NCBI GenBank assembly: GCA_030265395.1
Contig: JARFYF010000036.1
Span: 13,965,928-14,029,927, forward strand
Length of the DNA stretch: 64,000 bases
Source of the DNA: Rhina ancylostomus
Lineage: Eukaryota
Direction: 5' to 3'
In this document: piece by piece, positions 1 to 12,803 of the stretch
Numbering within the stretch: the first letter of the stretch is position 1
Layout of the letters: every line of letters begins with the position of its first letter
Notes under the pieces: model-generated
What the model saw: the letters and a program-made list of their open reading frames with translations, nothing else
Databases searched by the model: none
What the model was told of the DNA's origin: nothing
Translations under genes and position numbers: made by a program

Positions 1-150
1 ACTGAATTGAAAAGGAGGGCAGGAATGGGGCCCAGTAAGCTTGAAAGGAGCATGGAAAATCAGCCCTGGAACACTTAAAGGGAGTGTGGGAACAAAGCCC
101 CAGTGAGTTTAAAGAGAGCTCAGGAAACAGAACCCAGTGAGCCAGATATT
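1..150 (+). repeat. Degenerate ~33-bp tandem repeat (about 4 units, truncated by the window edge)
   Basis: Recurring 'ggaaca/ggaat...gccc/cag...gag/ttaaa' units; similar to the array at 34555-34985. Confidence 0.55.
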
Positions 151-204
151 GAAAAATCAGGATTTCCGAACAATAAGATAACTGATTATCAAACATTTAC
201 TGTG

Positions 205-880
205 TAACAGAGGATTCTCTGACCTACGAGCTGTTCCCAGGGACGCACACAGAGACGGGCATCAACTGCTGCTGGAAGGTCATCAACTCGGTGAAAGACG
301 CCCTTTGGTCTGCCAAAAACTTGTTGGTCTCCCAGCACTGCGAGGTGCTGTAGGGGAATGCTGCCAACTGGCACATTCCAGGCTGCAGGAGTACGTGCTG
401 AGGGATGCACCGAAGCTGGGTGCAGCCAATGCAAGGGCTGGGTGGGGAAGAACGACAGTTTAAGGTTCTTCTGCCACTGGAGAGGGAGGGGCAGGGTCAG
501 GCAAGGAAGCCCCTTAAGTGGTGTGAATATGGGATTGGGGCAGCCCCCCAGGGAGCCACACAAGTGGCATCAGTGCTGTGGGATTAAAAAAAGAGGTAAC
601 TCTAATGATTGATTTATACACGAATGTAAAGGTTTGCACTGTTTTATTGTTGTATATAGTTTGTTNNNNNNNNNNNNNNNNNNNNNNNNNNNNNNNNNNN
701 NNNNNNNNNNNNNNNNNNNNNNNNNNNNNNNNNNNNNNNNNNNNNNNNNNNNNNNNNNNNNNNNNAATAAAAAGGTAACACTAATGATTGATCCATACAC
801 GAATGTAAAGGTTTGCACTGTTTTATTGTTGTATATAGTTTGTTTTTTTATGATGAATAAAGTTTATTTTGTAATTTAAA
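205..880 (+). mobile_element. Tx1/L1-like LINE, ORF2 C-terminus and 3' UTR
   Basis: Reads DSLTYELFPGTHTETGINCCWKVINSVKDALWSAKNLL...HSRLQEYVLRDA; AATAAA near 856; homologous to 9705-10090. Confidence 0.8.
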
Positions 881-1779
881 ATAAATTTACTGTGCTGGGA
901 GTTCAACATCGAATGTTTTTATTGTTTAAAAAAATTATTTATAAAATTTCAATTTCTCCATGTGGGTATGTTTCAATATATTCTAAACTGTGAATTATTC
1001 TGAAAAGTTAACTTAAAATTTTAGGATTTTTTCATCTCTTTCAGTTCAGAATCTGTTACAATTCTTCTATCTGATTGAATCGTCAGCTTCTCAACCATTT
1101 AATGACATCGCAGCTACTAGCATCAGAAACCCAACTGAATTGATACCTGACAGAAACAGACATTGGATAAAGAAGAAATTCTCATCTTGGAGAATGCTTT
1201 GTCGTTGCGGGAAACTTGCTTCAAAACAGGCAGCAAGTACTGTAGATTCTATCCTTACACAGGGCTGAGATGTACATCTAATAAATGCACCTGGAGCTGA
1301 AATCACCAGTGATGTTTGCACAGCTGGCAGGCAATGAGTATTTACAAAAGCAGAGTGGATCGAACCACCGGACAGTCAGCGGCAGTACAGGTCTGCCCTA
1401 GTTTATAAAGGCCCAACTTATGTACTGCCTGTACATATAAATATGCATTTGGGAGACAAGTGGAATGGATTTGCCTGCTGTTGTGGGGCTGCAGGCATCT
1501 TCTGCCACGTAGGAACTCAGTTTGCAGCTACATTTCTGATTCGCAGAATGCTCGGGTTATGAACAGTTCACAGGAACAGAACCCTGCTGTAACCTGGGGA
1601 GGACCTGTGCCATCACTGGTTCCTTCATCAACATCATGAGGGACAACATTACCCAGAAACTTAACTGGACCAGTCATGTAAATGCTGGTCCAGAATGGTG
1701 AGTGACCCTCCTTCTGAATCCCATCTTTCCGTCACCTGAAGGAACAAGTCAGGAGTGTGATGGAATACTTAAATCAAGA

Positions 1780-2420
1780 CAGTAAATGCCTGAGATATTC
1801 CAGAGGTCAGGCAGCATCTATGGAGATTGAAACATAGTTAACATTTCATGTGAGTGACTTTTCATCAGAACAAGAAAAGTGAGTAAACAAGTATGCTATC
1901 AGTTGCAGGGCAAGGGATGGGGCAGGTAGAACAAAGAGGATGTCCATTGACAGAGTGGAGACCAAGAGAATCCAAGTGACACAAATGCTGTTGATGCCAT
2001 CTAAGAAAGAAGATGAATGCTTGTTCATTAGAGATGATCTTTCTGGAGAAGGTCTAAATATCAGAAGATGAATGAGGATAGAGGGATAAAACAAAGAAAG
2101 AAAGCTGGAACTCTGAGTGCAGAACCTCACAGTCGCTGGAAATCAGAAATTTTTAAAAAATGGCGGTAATACTCAGCAGGTCTGATGGTATCTATGGAGA
2201 AAGGAAAACTGGTGTTACAGCTGGATAACTTTACATCAGAGCTGGTCAGTTTTGATGCAGAAAGGAGAAGTTGGTCATCTAAAACTGTTGAGTTCAATAT
2301 TGAGCCCCAAAGACTGCAGGGTGCCCAGAAAGGGACAAGGTGGTGTTCCTCAAGCCTGCGTCATAGTATGCACCTGGGTGAGTACAGCTCCCAGGTCACT
2401 CAAGAAGCTTGGCGCCATTC
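1780..2420 (-). mobile_element. Penelope-like element-derived repeat fragments
   Basis: Two copies of the 'cagcaggtcaggcagcatct.tggaga' pseudo-LTR motif that recurs across the window. Confidence 0.55.
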
Positions 2421-2867
2421 AGATAAAGCAATCCATTCGATTGACTCCTCATCCACCACTTTAATCGTTCTCTCCCTTCAACACTGGTCCAGACTGGTTG
2501 GAGTGTATATCATCTACTACCATTTTCAGGTGACCTTCAAATGGATCACTCATGTGATTCAATAATAGTAAGTTCTCTAAACTGTAGATGGATGTTTATT
2601 TAAAGGAGCTGAAACAGTAATTCATGTATTAGTCTCCCAAGGATCACCCATCCACTTTGGATTCCACAGCATCACACTCAGGAATTGTCTCACTGATATT
2701 ACGCTACTCAGAACTAGCCAAGATCAACGAACTCACGGATTTCAATGGGCATTCCCCTCCCCTTCTAAGGCAGTCCTTTGACAATGAGGACAACTCGGTT
2801 CCACTCCAGTTCTCTGGCTTCAGAAGTGAATGAGGCCAATGTGGGATCTGCAGACTTTGCCACAGAT

Positions 2868-4272
2868 AGACAATAGACAATAGGAGCAGAAGTAGACCAT
2901 TCGGCCCTTTGAGTCTGCACCACCATTTTGAGATCATGGCTAATCCTCAAAAATCAATATCCTGTCCCTGCCTTGTCCCCATATCCCTTGATTCCCCTAT
3001 CCATAAGAAACCTATCTAGCTCCTTCTTGAAAGTGCCCAAAGAATTGGCCTCCACTGCCCTCTGAGGAAGTGCATTCCACAAATTCACAACCCTCTGGGA
3101 GAAGAAGTTCCTCCTCACCTCTGTCCTAAATGGCCTGCCCCTTATTCTTAAATCATGCCCTCTGGTCCTGGACTTCCCCAACATCTGNNNNNNNNNNNNN
3201 NNNNNNNNNNNNNNNNNNNNNNNNNNNNNNNNNNNNNNNNNNNNNNNNNNNNNNNNNNNNNNNNNNNNNNNNNNNNNNNNNNNNNNNTCCTGCCCACATC
3301 GTTAGTCCCTACATGGATCACAACATCTGGGTTCACACCCTCCCTCCTGAGAATAACCTGAACCCGATCTGAGATATCCTGGACCCTGGCACCAGGGAGG
3401 CAACAGACCATCTGGAATTCCTGATCTTCCCCACAGAATTTCCCATCCGTGCCCCTGACCATAGAATCCCCTATCACTACCGCTCTCCTCTCTTCCTTCT
3501 TCCCCTTCTGAGTTGAGGGTCCACTCTCGGTGCCAGAGACCAGACCTCCGCAACTAGTTCCTGATAGGTCATCCCCACCAATAGTATCCAAAGCGGTACA
3601 CCTATTATTGATGGGGACAGCCACAGGGGTACTCTGCTCTTTCTGCCTGCTCCCCTTCCCTCTCCTGACAGTTACCCAGTTACTCTCCTCCTGTCTTATC
3701 GGTGTGACTCCCTCCCAATAACTCTTATCTATCTCTGCCTCTGCCTCCCGACAGATCCGTAGTTCGTTCAGCTGCTGCTCCAATTCCCTAACTTGGTCTG
3801 CCAGGAGCTGCAGCCGGACACACCTTTTGCAGGTGTGGCCATCAGGGGCAACCGTGCTGACCCTGACCTCCCACATACCGCATACGGGGCACATCACTGC
3901 TCGAACTGTCTATCCTATATCCTGCTCCCAGATTAGTTGCAACAAACCAAGATAAAAAGTACCTACCAGACCTTACCTTAGGTCTCAGCAGCACGTACTC
4001 AGGCTCACCATCTTCCTCTTAGCGAAGTCCCTGTGCGCCGAAGCCCCTTGTGCCAAAGCCCGACCACTCTGCTTCCCTCTCACTCCACTGCCTGCTCTAG
4101 AGGCTGTTTGCCTTTTAAGCTGCCTGCTCCACGCCTGCACAGTCCAGCCCCCCCACTCAAGCACTTAAAAACTTTTACAACCCTACTAAAAACACCTTAA
4201 GACAACAAACTAACCCTAGTAAATTACTCCCCTTTTAAAAACTAAGCTCTACACTTAAAACCCACTAAAAAA
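2868..4272 (-). mobile_element. Probably full-length CR1 LINE with the middle collapsed in an N gap
   Basis: 3' (CTATTGT)n tail and ORF2 C-terminus (RTRGHDLRIRGRPFRTEVRRNFFSQRVVNLWNALP) at 2868-3187; ORF1 and 5' UTR at 3288-4272; AGAT direct repeat at 2864-2867 and 4273-4276. Confidence 0.85.
3288..3897 (-). CDS. CR1 ORF1p (CxxC...CxxC zinc finger, coiled coil, SGNH/GDSL esterase), partial
   Basis: Uninterrupted frame up to the gap: CPVCGMWE...CKRC, LADQVRELEQQLNEL, AVVIGDSMVRG, CLPGARVQDI, PDVVIHVGTND. Confidence 0.85.
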
Positions 4273-4721
4273 AGATTGGGTAAGATGGTAAGATGTAGTT
4301 AGCAGGGTGGATGGGTGGGTAGTTTGCGAGATGGTGCATCCCTTCGGCATGCAATTAAGGTCTCAATGCTGAGATGTCAGCCTGGAAGAAGACACTGAAA
4401 TGTCCCACCAGTGGATTTGCAAGATTTTATGGAGACAACATTGGTATCTCTCCTGTTTTTTAAGGTGCTGTCTGCAAACAGTCTGAATATTGCAGCTCCC
4501 ATCGGTTTATAGGAAGGCAGGGATCACTGCTGCCTGGTAGGCCATGAGCATTGTGCCAAGTTTAAAGGTTTGATCTTCAAATATCCATTTGTTCAGGATG
4601 AAGTTAATCTTGGTGCATTGAAGGAGGTGGTGAATTGCATCATCAATGTGCGTCATTAATAAGTAGCTCCTGAGCTATGGCAAATGATCCATGTTTTCCA
4701 GGGCCTTGTCATGGAACTTTA

Positions 4722-5465
4722 GTCATAGAGTAATACAGCACAGATGCAGGCCCTTCAGCCCAAATGGTCCATGCTGACCACAGCATCCTCCCTTCTAGTC
4801 CTAGTTTCTTGCGTTCAGCCCATAACCCTCCAAACCCCTCCCTTCCATGTATCTATCCAAATGCCTCTGAATGTTGCAATTATACCCGCATTGACCACTT
4901 CCTCTGGCAGCTCATTCCAGGTTTCTTTTAAATCTTTCCTTCTTATCTTGCCTCTGTGCCCTCTAGTTATGAACTCCCCAACCCTTGGGAAAAGACTATG
5001 ACTGTTCACCTTATCCATACCCCTTATGATTTTATAAACTTCTATGAGGTCACCCCTCATTCTCCCACGCTTCAAGGATTAAAAAATCCAGCATGGCCAA
5101 CCTCCCCCTATAACTCAGGACCTCCAGTCAGACAGCATCCTCGTAAATCTCTTCTGCACCCTCTACAGTTTAACAATGTCTTTCCTATACAGGGGGACCA
5201 AAACTATACACAGTACTCCAAGTGCGGCCTCACCAACGACTTATATGACTGCTACATAATTTCCCTACTCCTACACTCAATGCCCTGACTGATGAAGGCC
5301 AGCGTGCTAAGCATCTGTTTAACCACCCTGTCTACTTGTGCAACTGCTTTCAGCAAACTGTGCACTTGTACTCCCAGGTTCCTCTGTTCCACAGCACCCT
5401 TCAGTGCCCTTCCATTCACTGTACAAGTCCTACCCTGGTTTGACTGTCCAAAATATATCACCTTA
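4722..5465 (-). mobile_element. CR1 LINE 3' fragment
   Basis: RGDLIEVYKIIRGMDKVNSHSLFPRVGEFITRGH and EQRNLGVQVHSLLKAVAQVDRVVK. Confidence 0.85.
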
Positions 5466-6504
5466 CGCTTCATTGTTGTAAGGAAGAAATGCATAGCAGG
5501 GGCAGTTTGATAGAGGACCTGTGATTTGCAGATGTTGAGTGGAAGGTCCATTCTGTTGTATGCTGCAGCGAATGAGTAGACGATGACTTGGAGCTTGACT
5601 TCCCAACACACACTGCATACTGCAACTCCACTATTGAGTTTGGGGTGACCTTGGCTCATGAATGGAGGCAATATAGGTTGGACAGCTTTCCAATCATCCT
5701 ATGAGAAGCTTGTTGGAGGTGAGTTGTAACATAGTGATGAGAAAGGTTTTATAAACTCTTGGGCAATGATATAACCTTGCTTGACACCTGTGTGCACTGA
5801 GATTCGGTATATTGTCAACCCATTGGTTGACCTCTTGCATTCTATCATTAAGCCAACATAAGAGAGAGATAAATTTTTAGGGGCAAATAAATTTGAGGTG
5901 AGTGTTCATGGTCCCGACTAGCTGATAGAGTCGAAAGCTTTAGAGAGGTTGGAAAAGGTCCTGTATACAAGCTGATGTTGCTCTTTATATTTCCCTTGAA
6001 ACTGTCAAGCAATGAAAATCTACAGATGGCTGGAATCTACATCATGATTCAGTCAGCTGTCCTTCACCCAGTGGAAGAAGGCACTTGAGAACTACCCTGG
6101 AGATAACTTTTCCTGTGCCAGATGGCAGGGAGACCCCACTGTAGTTAACATAATCACATTTATCTCCTTTCTTGAAGATAGCAATAATTACAGCATCTCT
6201 GAGATCCCCTGCCAATTCTCTTCTTCCCACATGTAGGAGGCATGATTGAAGATTTGTGACAAGTTCATCACTGCCAAGTTTTAGAGCTGCACAAGGATAT
6301 AATCAGCTCCTAAGGCTTAATGATCATCAGTGAAGAGACTCTTGGCTTTCCTACCAGAAAGATACCAGGACTAGTTTGATACTCCAAAGATCCTGAAGCA
6401 TTTCTGGATTGGAAGGTCCACCATAAATCAAGAGAAAAGTGCCTCTTTAGGCTCCTGAAGGCTGAGGTCCAACAGAAAACTGATGATCTTAAAGAACATA
6501 ATAC

Positions 6505-6820
6505 TGGAGGCATGCACTTAAGGTGAGGGGGATAAGTTCAAAGGAGATGTATGGGGCAAGATTTATTTTTTTTTACACAGAGCGGTGGGTGCATGGTGTG
6601 CGCTGCCAAGGGTGGCAGTCGAGGCAAATACAATAGAAGCGCTTAAGGGGCTCTTAGATACACAAGTGAATGTGCAGAGAAAGGAGGGATATGGACATTG
6701 TGTAGGCAGAAGGGATTAGTCTAGTTAGGAAATTAATTTCTAGTTTAATTCGTTTGGCAAAACATTGTGGGCAGAAGGGCCTTTTCCTGTGCTGTACTGT
6801 TCTATAGTCTATGTTCAATG
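6505..6820 (+). mobile_element. CR1 LINE 3' end
   Basis: Typical CR1 ORF2 end/3' UTR finishing in 'gaagggcc...cctgtgctgtactgttctat' plus a short repeat tail. Confidence 0.75.
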
Positions 6821-7615
6821 CTCTAACAAATTTAGGTGGAAATAGCATAGGAGTTCCAGCAATTCACTAAAACCATGATGGATTCTTCTGCAGTGTCAAG
6901 GCTATCCTTGGCCCTAACACCTAAGGCTCTACTCCACTGAGAGTGAAGAATGGAGTTGAGCTTATCAAGCAGAGAGGTAGTTCCACCCTCTGAAAGGATT
7001 ATTTCCTTGACGTGAATGCTCTTGGCCCCATTCCACAGCAATTTATCCAGTCCAGGCTTGCTGCCACCCCCAACCCACATGAAAATGCCACATATGCAGA
7101 AAGTAATGGGGATTGGCGGTCTGTGAATCAGTAGGCAAAAAGGAAGATAAGTGGCTCTAAATTAATGTTGTTAATTATTTCACTGTTTTATGTGATTTAA
7201 TTAATTCTTTTCCCTAATAATTGTAATTATTTTAAGTCCTTCCTTCAATATTAAATGTTTTAAATTTCACCAATTGTCAGCAGCGTTTACAAACCAATAA
7301 ATACCCCAGAGCTTTTACAGAAGTTCTGCCCTTGGCTTTCTCTTGGCAAGGGGACATTCTGTGCCCAGTGTCCCTGCATTGCTTCTTTGGATGTCTCCTC
7401 ACCACTGCGACCTTCTACCCTGACTCAGAGGTATGGAAGGCCAGCCAGATTGGGCATCCTTCTCCGGATCAGGTGAAGCCTGGGACACCATGTGGCAACT
7501 GTGGGCACTCAAGCAAGTCCAGCTAGACCTGACGTACATTGTAAATAATTGCTGGAAACTATGTTCCTTGTTAAAAAATAATTTTGTTTAACATTTCTCA
7601 ATTCGCTCATCATAC

Positions 7616-7651
7616 CTTTTAAGTGTCCTTTTCATGGAAATGTAGAGTCCC
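7616..7651 (-). pseudogene. Possible 36-nt exon
   Basis: ttaattttcag acceptor and AAG|gtatga donor; reading frame ambiguous. Confidence 0.3.
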
Positions 7652-7786
7652 CTGAAAATTAAATGGTAAGAGAAATATGAAGGCATTGGCTAATACAAAG
7701 CCCACAGAACACACATCTTAAAAAGCACAAGAATGGTGTGTACATTGAGAGAAGCATCAATTAATAGATTAGGCAAGCCATCTTAC

Positions 7787-7916
7787 CAGTGATACCCAAT
7801 ATGAGTTTTATTGGTGCACTTGTATTTAATGGTGCAATAAAATATTGAATTTTAACTTTGAGTTCTTCTCTCCATGAAATGGTATTAGATGCAAAATAAA
7901 ATATTACATTCCATTA
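7787..7916 (-). pseudogene. Decayed exon: NGM*YFILHLIPFHG / frameshift / EELKVKIQYFIAPLNTSAPIK
   Basis: tttctag acceptor, CTG|gtaaga donor; phase-2 start matches the preceding exon; stop and frameshift. Confidence 0.5.
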
Positions 7917-8017
7917 CTAGAAAGATTTTATTCATGTAAACAAATTTTGATACCTTGAATTAAAGGTCATATTCACCAACAACTTGAGCTGAGGAACACA
8001 CATCAACACATTCTTAC

Positions 8018-8071
8018 CTGCTGGAAAATCTTTTGAAGGTTACAGTCTTGCATTTTTCTGCTTGCTTCATT
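8018..8071 (-). pseudogene. 54-nt exon: MKQAEKCKTVTFKRFSS
   Basis: Pyrimidine tract with ataag acceptor, CAG|gtaaga donor, open phase 2-2. Confidence 0.6.
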
Positions 8072-8639
8072 CTTATCAAGGGAAAGAATAAAATAAATAT
8101 CAGTGGATATGAAGAGAATTCAAACAGTCAGTAATAAATACTAGGAGATAGATACAGTGTGGTGGATTTGTATGTAAATATGTAAATGAGTTATGTGTGC
8201 ATGTGATATAATGATATTGTCACATGTGTGATTTAAGAATCCATAGTGGTTGTTCTGCAATGAAATATATATACATATTCTGAAAGAGATTATTTTCAGA
8301 CTGGATCAAACACACCTCCAAATACACGAGAACTGATGACACAGATGGCCAGAACAACTGAGGCTCCATATAAGAAACAGTGGTCTGAAGAAACTCTTCA
8401 AAGCACCTACTGAGCATTGCTGATTGAAGGCAATGACCACAGGATCTCAAAACTTCACAGTTGGAGAAGAGAAAACAGCTCAGGCAATGAAGTTTTCTTG
8501 GTCCACAACGAGTCAGTAATCAGCTCAGGCAGTGGCAAATTAAAAATAGAAAGACAGCAATAGTCTATAACACTGTCTGAGAGAAGCACTGATAACAAGA
8601 GAATTAAACACACGGGAGCATTGTGCATAATGCAGAAAA

Positions 8640-11160
8640 GCTTTGAGAACAGCTGTGTTACTGTTTAGGCGGGAAATGGGTCAAAATGGCACATATAGAT
8701 TAGAGAGACAGCCTTGACATGTACAATCAAATGTGAGTCCTTCACAGTATTCATGGAGAGGATGGATTTTTTTTTACTGCTGGTAATATTCTTTAAGTGA
8801 ATCATATTGAAAATGCACAGGCACTTAATACTGCTATAAGAGACTATAAGAAGGTGATTCTATTAACGGAGATTGGCTGAGACCAATTGTACGTTTACTA
8901 ATCTGAATGGCAAAGATATTCCATTCACAGTCATGTAGTAATTGGAGAATTATATCAATCGACAGCCTTTTGAAATAGCAGGTTATAAGTTTGGCGCCAG
9001 GAATCAGACAAGAAGAATCAGACAATGGCTGTATTGTTGCATGAAAGGATTGATCCAAATATTGTAACTTTGAAGAAATAGATTTGCATATTGCTTAAGT
9101 TATGAATGAATTCAAACCAAATTTTTAAGCACACAAATATTATACCTACAACATGCTTGCAAGATTGCAAAGTAAATCAAGAGGTGCCAAGGAATTTCAT
9201 TTGTGCCAGACACAAATATAATGGTAACTTAAATTCAAAAGGCTGCAGTGAATGCTCCATATCTGATAAATTCTATGTTAGCACCATGTGAGGACAAGTG
9301 GTGCAAATTCTTGCTGAAGAACTTCAAAACTTTCTTCCAGAATAACACCCTGGACCATAAGTCCATCGGGCAGTAGTCTGCACGAAACATCCTGCAGCCA
9401 CTGTGGGACAAGGACAGGATGGATCCTGTGAGTTGGTTCCTGTCCAGGTCATCTGGCAGAATGTCTCATCACCGAACTCACCAATAATCACCAAGACCTC
9501 CCTTGGCTGGCAGTGAGAGGGAGCCCTCCCTCTTGGATCTTTACTGTACAGTCAGAATTTCCCTCCCAAAGCACACTGACCTCAGGTACCACTGAAATGC
9601 CTGTGCATTTTCAATATGATTCACTTACAGAATGTTACCAGCAGTAAAAAAAATTCCATCCTCTCCATGAATACTGTGAAGGCCTCACATTCAATTGTAC
9701 ATGTGGTGAAGAGGAGATGGTCACCCACCTCTTTGCAGTTTTGTTCATTGGCAAAGAGGATCTGGAGAAGGATGAAAGGAGTCTTGCCACGGTTCATCCC
9801 AAGCAGTTGCATAACAGAGGACTCTCTGATCTATGGGCTGTTCGCAGGGATGCACACACAGATGGACATCAAGTTCTGCTGGAAGATTATCAATTTCGTG
9901 AAAGACACGCTTGGTCTGCTCAAAACTTGTTGGCCTTCCAACACAATGAGATATCCCTAAGGGAAGGCTGCTGATTCCAGGCTGCAGGAGTACGTACTGA
10001 AGGACACACTAAAATTCGGTGTAGCCAATGCAAAGGCTTTGTGGGGAAGAACTGCAATCCAGAGTCCTTCTGGCTCTGGGCACTGAGGGGCTGAATCCAA
10101 TGTGGAAGTTCCTCAAATGTCCAAAGTTTGTATTACACCAGGAGTCACTTGAGTGGCAATGGTGCATTGTACAAAAGAAATGTGCTAACACTATTAATAT
10201 TTGTAACCAACGACATGGAATGTATAAACTGAAAGACACTACAAATACAAAGAGGCATATGTGTTTTTTTTTCGGCGAACAATTGACCAGAGCAGTCCTA
10301 CCAATGGAACCCCTTTACAAAGACAAATTTGGTCCCACAGGAAAATATAGAGAGGGGTAATGTCAAGACTGATGCAAACAGAGCAGAAAGAAACTTGTAC
10401 AGAATCTGTACAACTACTGGAAATAGCGGGAAGAAGAAAACTTTCAAGAACAAATAAATGTCTAGGCTATGTGTACAGTAGTGGATTGGAGACTCCCAAG
10501 GTGTTTTTATTCATGTGGATTCTTTATGCAGATTACCAAAACAAGGTTGTTATGTAGATGGAAAAACACAATTTTTACCTTACAACTTTTGGATGATGAC
10601 TTTCCAGTCACAACTGCACAGATCATCAAGAGAACACAGATGATACTACTGAAGAGAGTCTATGAGCACGCTGTCAAAAACTGGATGAATTCAGATATGT
10701 ATCCAAATGGAAATCTGCATGCATTTTACAATGGAAAAGTACAAAACAAAACTACAACAATGCTCCTACAGACATGGAAGAGGCCGACAAATCCATTTCA
10801 GAGAGATCACGTTGATTGTTGTCAAATAAACAATGACAAGAAGCTTGCCACAACAGCGGAACATACAACTGAGAAGGAGAGATTGAATTTTATAAATCCT
10901 GGTTAACCTGAAGGGTTGGTGTCAGGTAATGGATTCAATTCACGTCATTTTTTCAAATATTTTATGAGCAGTAATAGTATCAATCTTCATCAACTCCCCC
11001 ATACCAGCCAGTCTCGAACAGTGCAGCTAAGATATCTGTACATATTCTCAAGGAAGTTTTACAAGGTTTCGTGAGCTTAACCATGAATCACTATTAAACT
11101 AACCTTTTATTTAAACCACGTTCTACCACAGGATTCTTCCCAGAGAATTCACATCACAAG
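8640..11160 (+). mobile_element. Highly degraded Ty3/Gypsy LTR retrotransposon (gag and integrase remnants)
   Basis: gag-like ESFTVFMERMDFFFTAGNI at about 8735; integrase-like FPVTTAQI...TWKRPTNPFQRDHVD...TTAEHT...PEGLVSGNG at 10560-10950. Confidence 0.7.
9300..10090 (+). mobile_element. Tx1-like LINE 3' portion nested in the Gypsy fossil
   Basis: zf-RVT-region ELTNNHQDLPWLAVRG...CGEEEMVTHLF...EDSLIYGLFAGMHTQMDIKFCWKIINFVKDTL; same family as 205-880. Confidence 0.8.
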
Positions 11161-11470
11161 ATTTGCTGCCTCACAGTGTCAGTGAGCTGGATTCAGTCCT
11201 ATGCTGTCTGCGTGGAGTTTGCATATTTTCCCTGTGACCACATGGGTTTCCTCCGAACTCCAGTTTCCTCCAAGTCCCAAAGACTTGGAGGTTGGTAGGC
11301 TCAGTGGCCAGTGGAAATTGTCCCTACCATGTAGGTAAGTGGTAGAATTCAGGGGTGTTATGGGGAAGGTGCGGAAGGTGAGGAGAATATTGTAGGATTA
11401 GTGTAAATGAGTGTTTGGTGGTTTGTGTGGGCTGAGAGTGCTGAAGGGCCTATTTCCATGTGTTTGTCTC
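11160..11470 (+). mobile_element. tRNA-derived V-SINE (HE1-like)
   Basis: gctgcctcacag head, V-domain 'tgtctgcgtggagtttgca.attttccctgtgacc', CR1-like tail 'gaagggcct.tttcc'. Confidence 0.75.
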
Positions 11471-11499
11471 TATCTCTTTATCAAAGGCGATGAACACAT

Positions 11500-12085
11500 T
11501 TGGGTCAACACACAAAAAGTCTTGGAGGAACTCAGCAGGTCAGGNNNNNNNNNNNNNNNNAAATAAACAGTCAAGGTTTCGGGCCAAGACCCTTCATCAG
11601 CATTGGAAAGGAAGAGGACAGAAGCCAGAATAGAAGGTGGGGGAAGCGGGAGGAGCACACACAGGCAGGGGATGGTTGAGTTCAGGTAATAGGCAAGTCC
11701 AGGTGAAAGAGAGATGGTAGGTGGGTGGGGGAGGGGGAGAAGATGTAATAAGCTGAGAGGTGATGGGTAGAAGAGGCAAAGGGCTAAAGAAGAAGGAATC
11801 CGGTAGGAGAGGGCAGTGGACCATGGAATGAAGGATGGGGGAGGGGAGGAGAGGAGATGGGCTGGTCATCAAGATGGGGGAAGGGAGCCATAGGAATAAG
11901 GAAGACAAAGAAGTAGGGGAGAGAAAAAGAAGGGATAGAGTTACTGGAAATTAGAAAAGAAATCGATGTTGAGACCATCAGGTTGGAGACTCCTAAGGCA
12001 GTCTATGAGGTGTTGTCCCTCCAACCTGAATCTCACCGTGGCATTAGAGGAGGCCATGGATAGACATGTTAGCATGCAAATGGGT
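11500..12085 (-). mobile_element. Penelope-like element 3' region and pseudo-LTR
   Basis: GIY-YIG C-terminal remnant near 11950-12080, purine-rich tract, and CTGATGA...GAAAC motif at 11575-11600. Confidence 0.7.
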
Positions 12086-12803
12086 TTTCTACAATCCACC
12101 TTGGAAGAGGTTGTGGAGGGGCAGCAGTCAAGCCAAAAGTAAAATCATGATTCAAAATCATGATTCATATCCCAACAGAGGGGCAAAGGGAAGCAGTGCA
12201 AAGAAGCAAAATAGTTTAGAGCGACGATTGAGTCGTCAATAGCACTGAATTACATTTTGTTCCAATTGGAGGTGATGCTAAACGTGGCCAAGTTGCAAAA
12301 TGATTGCAGCAAAAATCAAGCCAAAACTTTTGAATAAGTATGAGATAGACAGAGAGCAACCTCACTGACACCAGAGGGAGTTCAGACATGTCGCCACATC
12401 TGTATTTAATGATATTTTTTAGCAACATTAGTGGTTGCAAAATGTTATCAGTTCTGTGTCCACACTCACTAATGATTGAATTCTAACTTTCATATAGTTC
12501 CTGTCGGCAAATAATGGAAAACAATACAGTAATCTGACATGAAACCCCCAAAAGTTGGAATTAATCAGCAGATCAGGCAGCATCTGTGGAGAAGGAAATG
12601 GAGGAAATGTTTCAGGTTAATGACCTTTCATCAATAAGTTAAACTCTGCAACTTAAAGCCTATTTAGTTCTAGTTTTTCTAAGTCCCAATGAAGGGTCAA
12701 TGACTGAAGCATTTTTTTATTTGCCTTTATAATGGAAACTATCTTCTTGTTCTGGGCTGGGTTTGAATCTGGCATATGAGATGAATGGGACAGACAGGAA
12801 CAC

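Larger units (their letters stand above)
2765..6500 (-). mobile_element. Degenerate RTE-clade LINE interrupted by two CR1 insertions
   Basis: ORF 6042-6230 (DLRDAVIIAIFKKGDKCDYVNYSGVSL...GKVISRVVLKCLLP) is an RT N-terminal region of RTE type; the 3' UTR-like sequence at 2765-2863 resumes at 4277. Confidence 0.7.

Noticed and set aside
588-844. Near-identical ~77-bp direct repeat on both sides of an N gap
   Set aside because: Typical unmerged contig overlap at a 100-N gap; probably an assembly artefact.
12140-12167. 13-bp tandem duplication (aaaatcatgattc x2)
   Set aside because: Ordinary slippage duplication.
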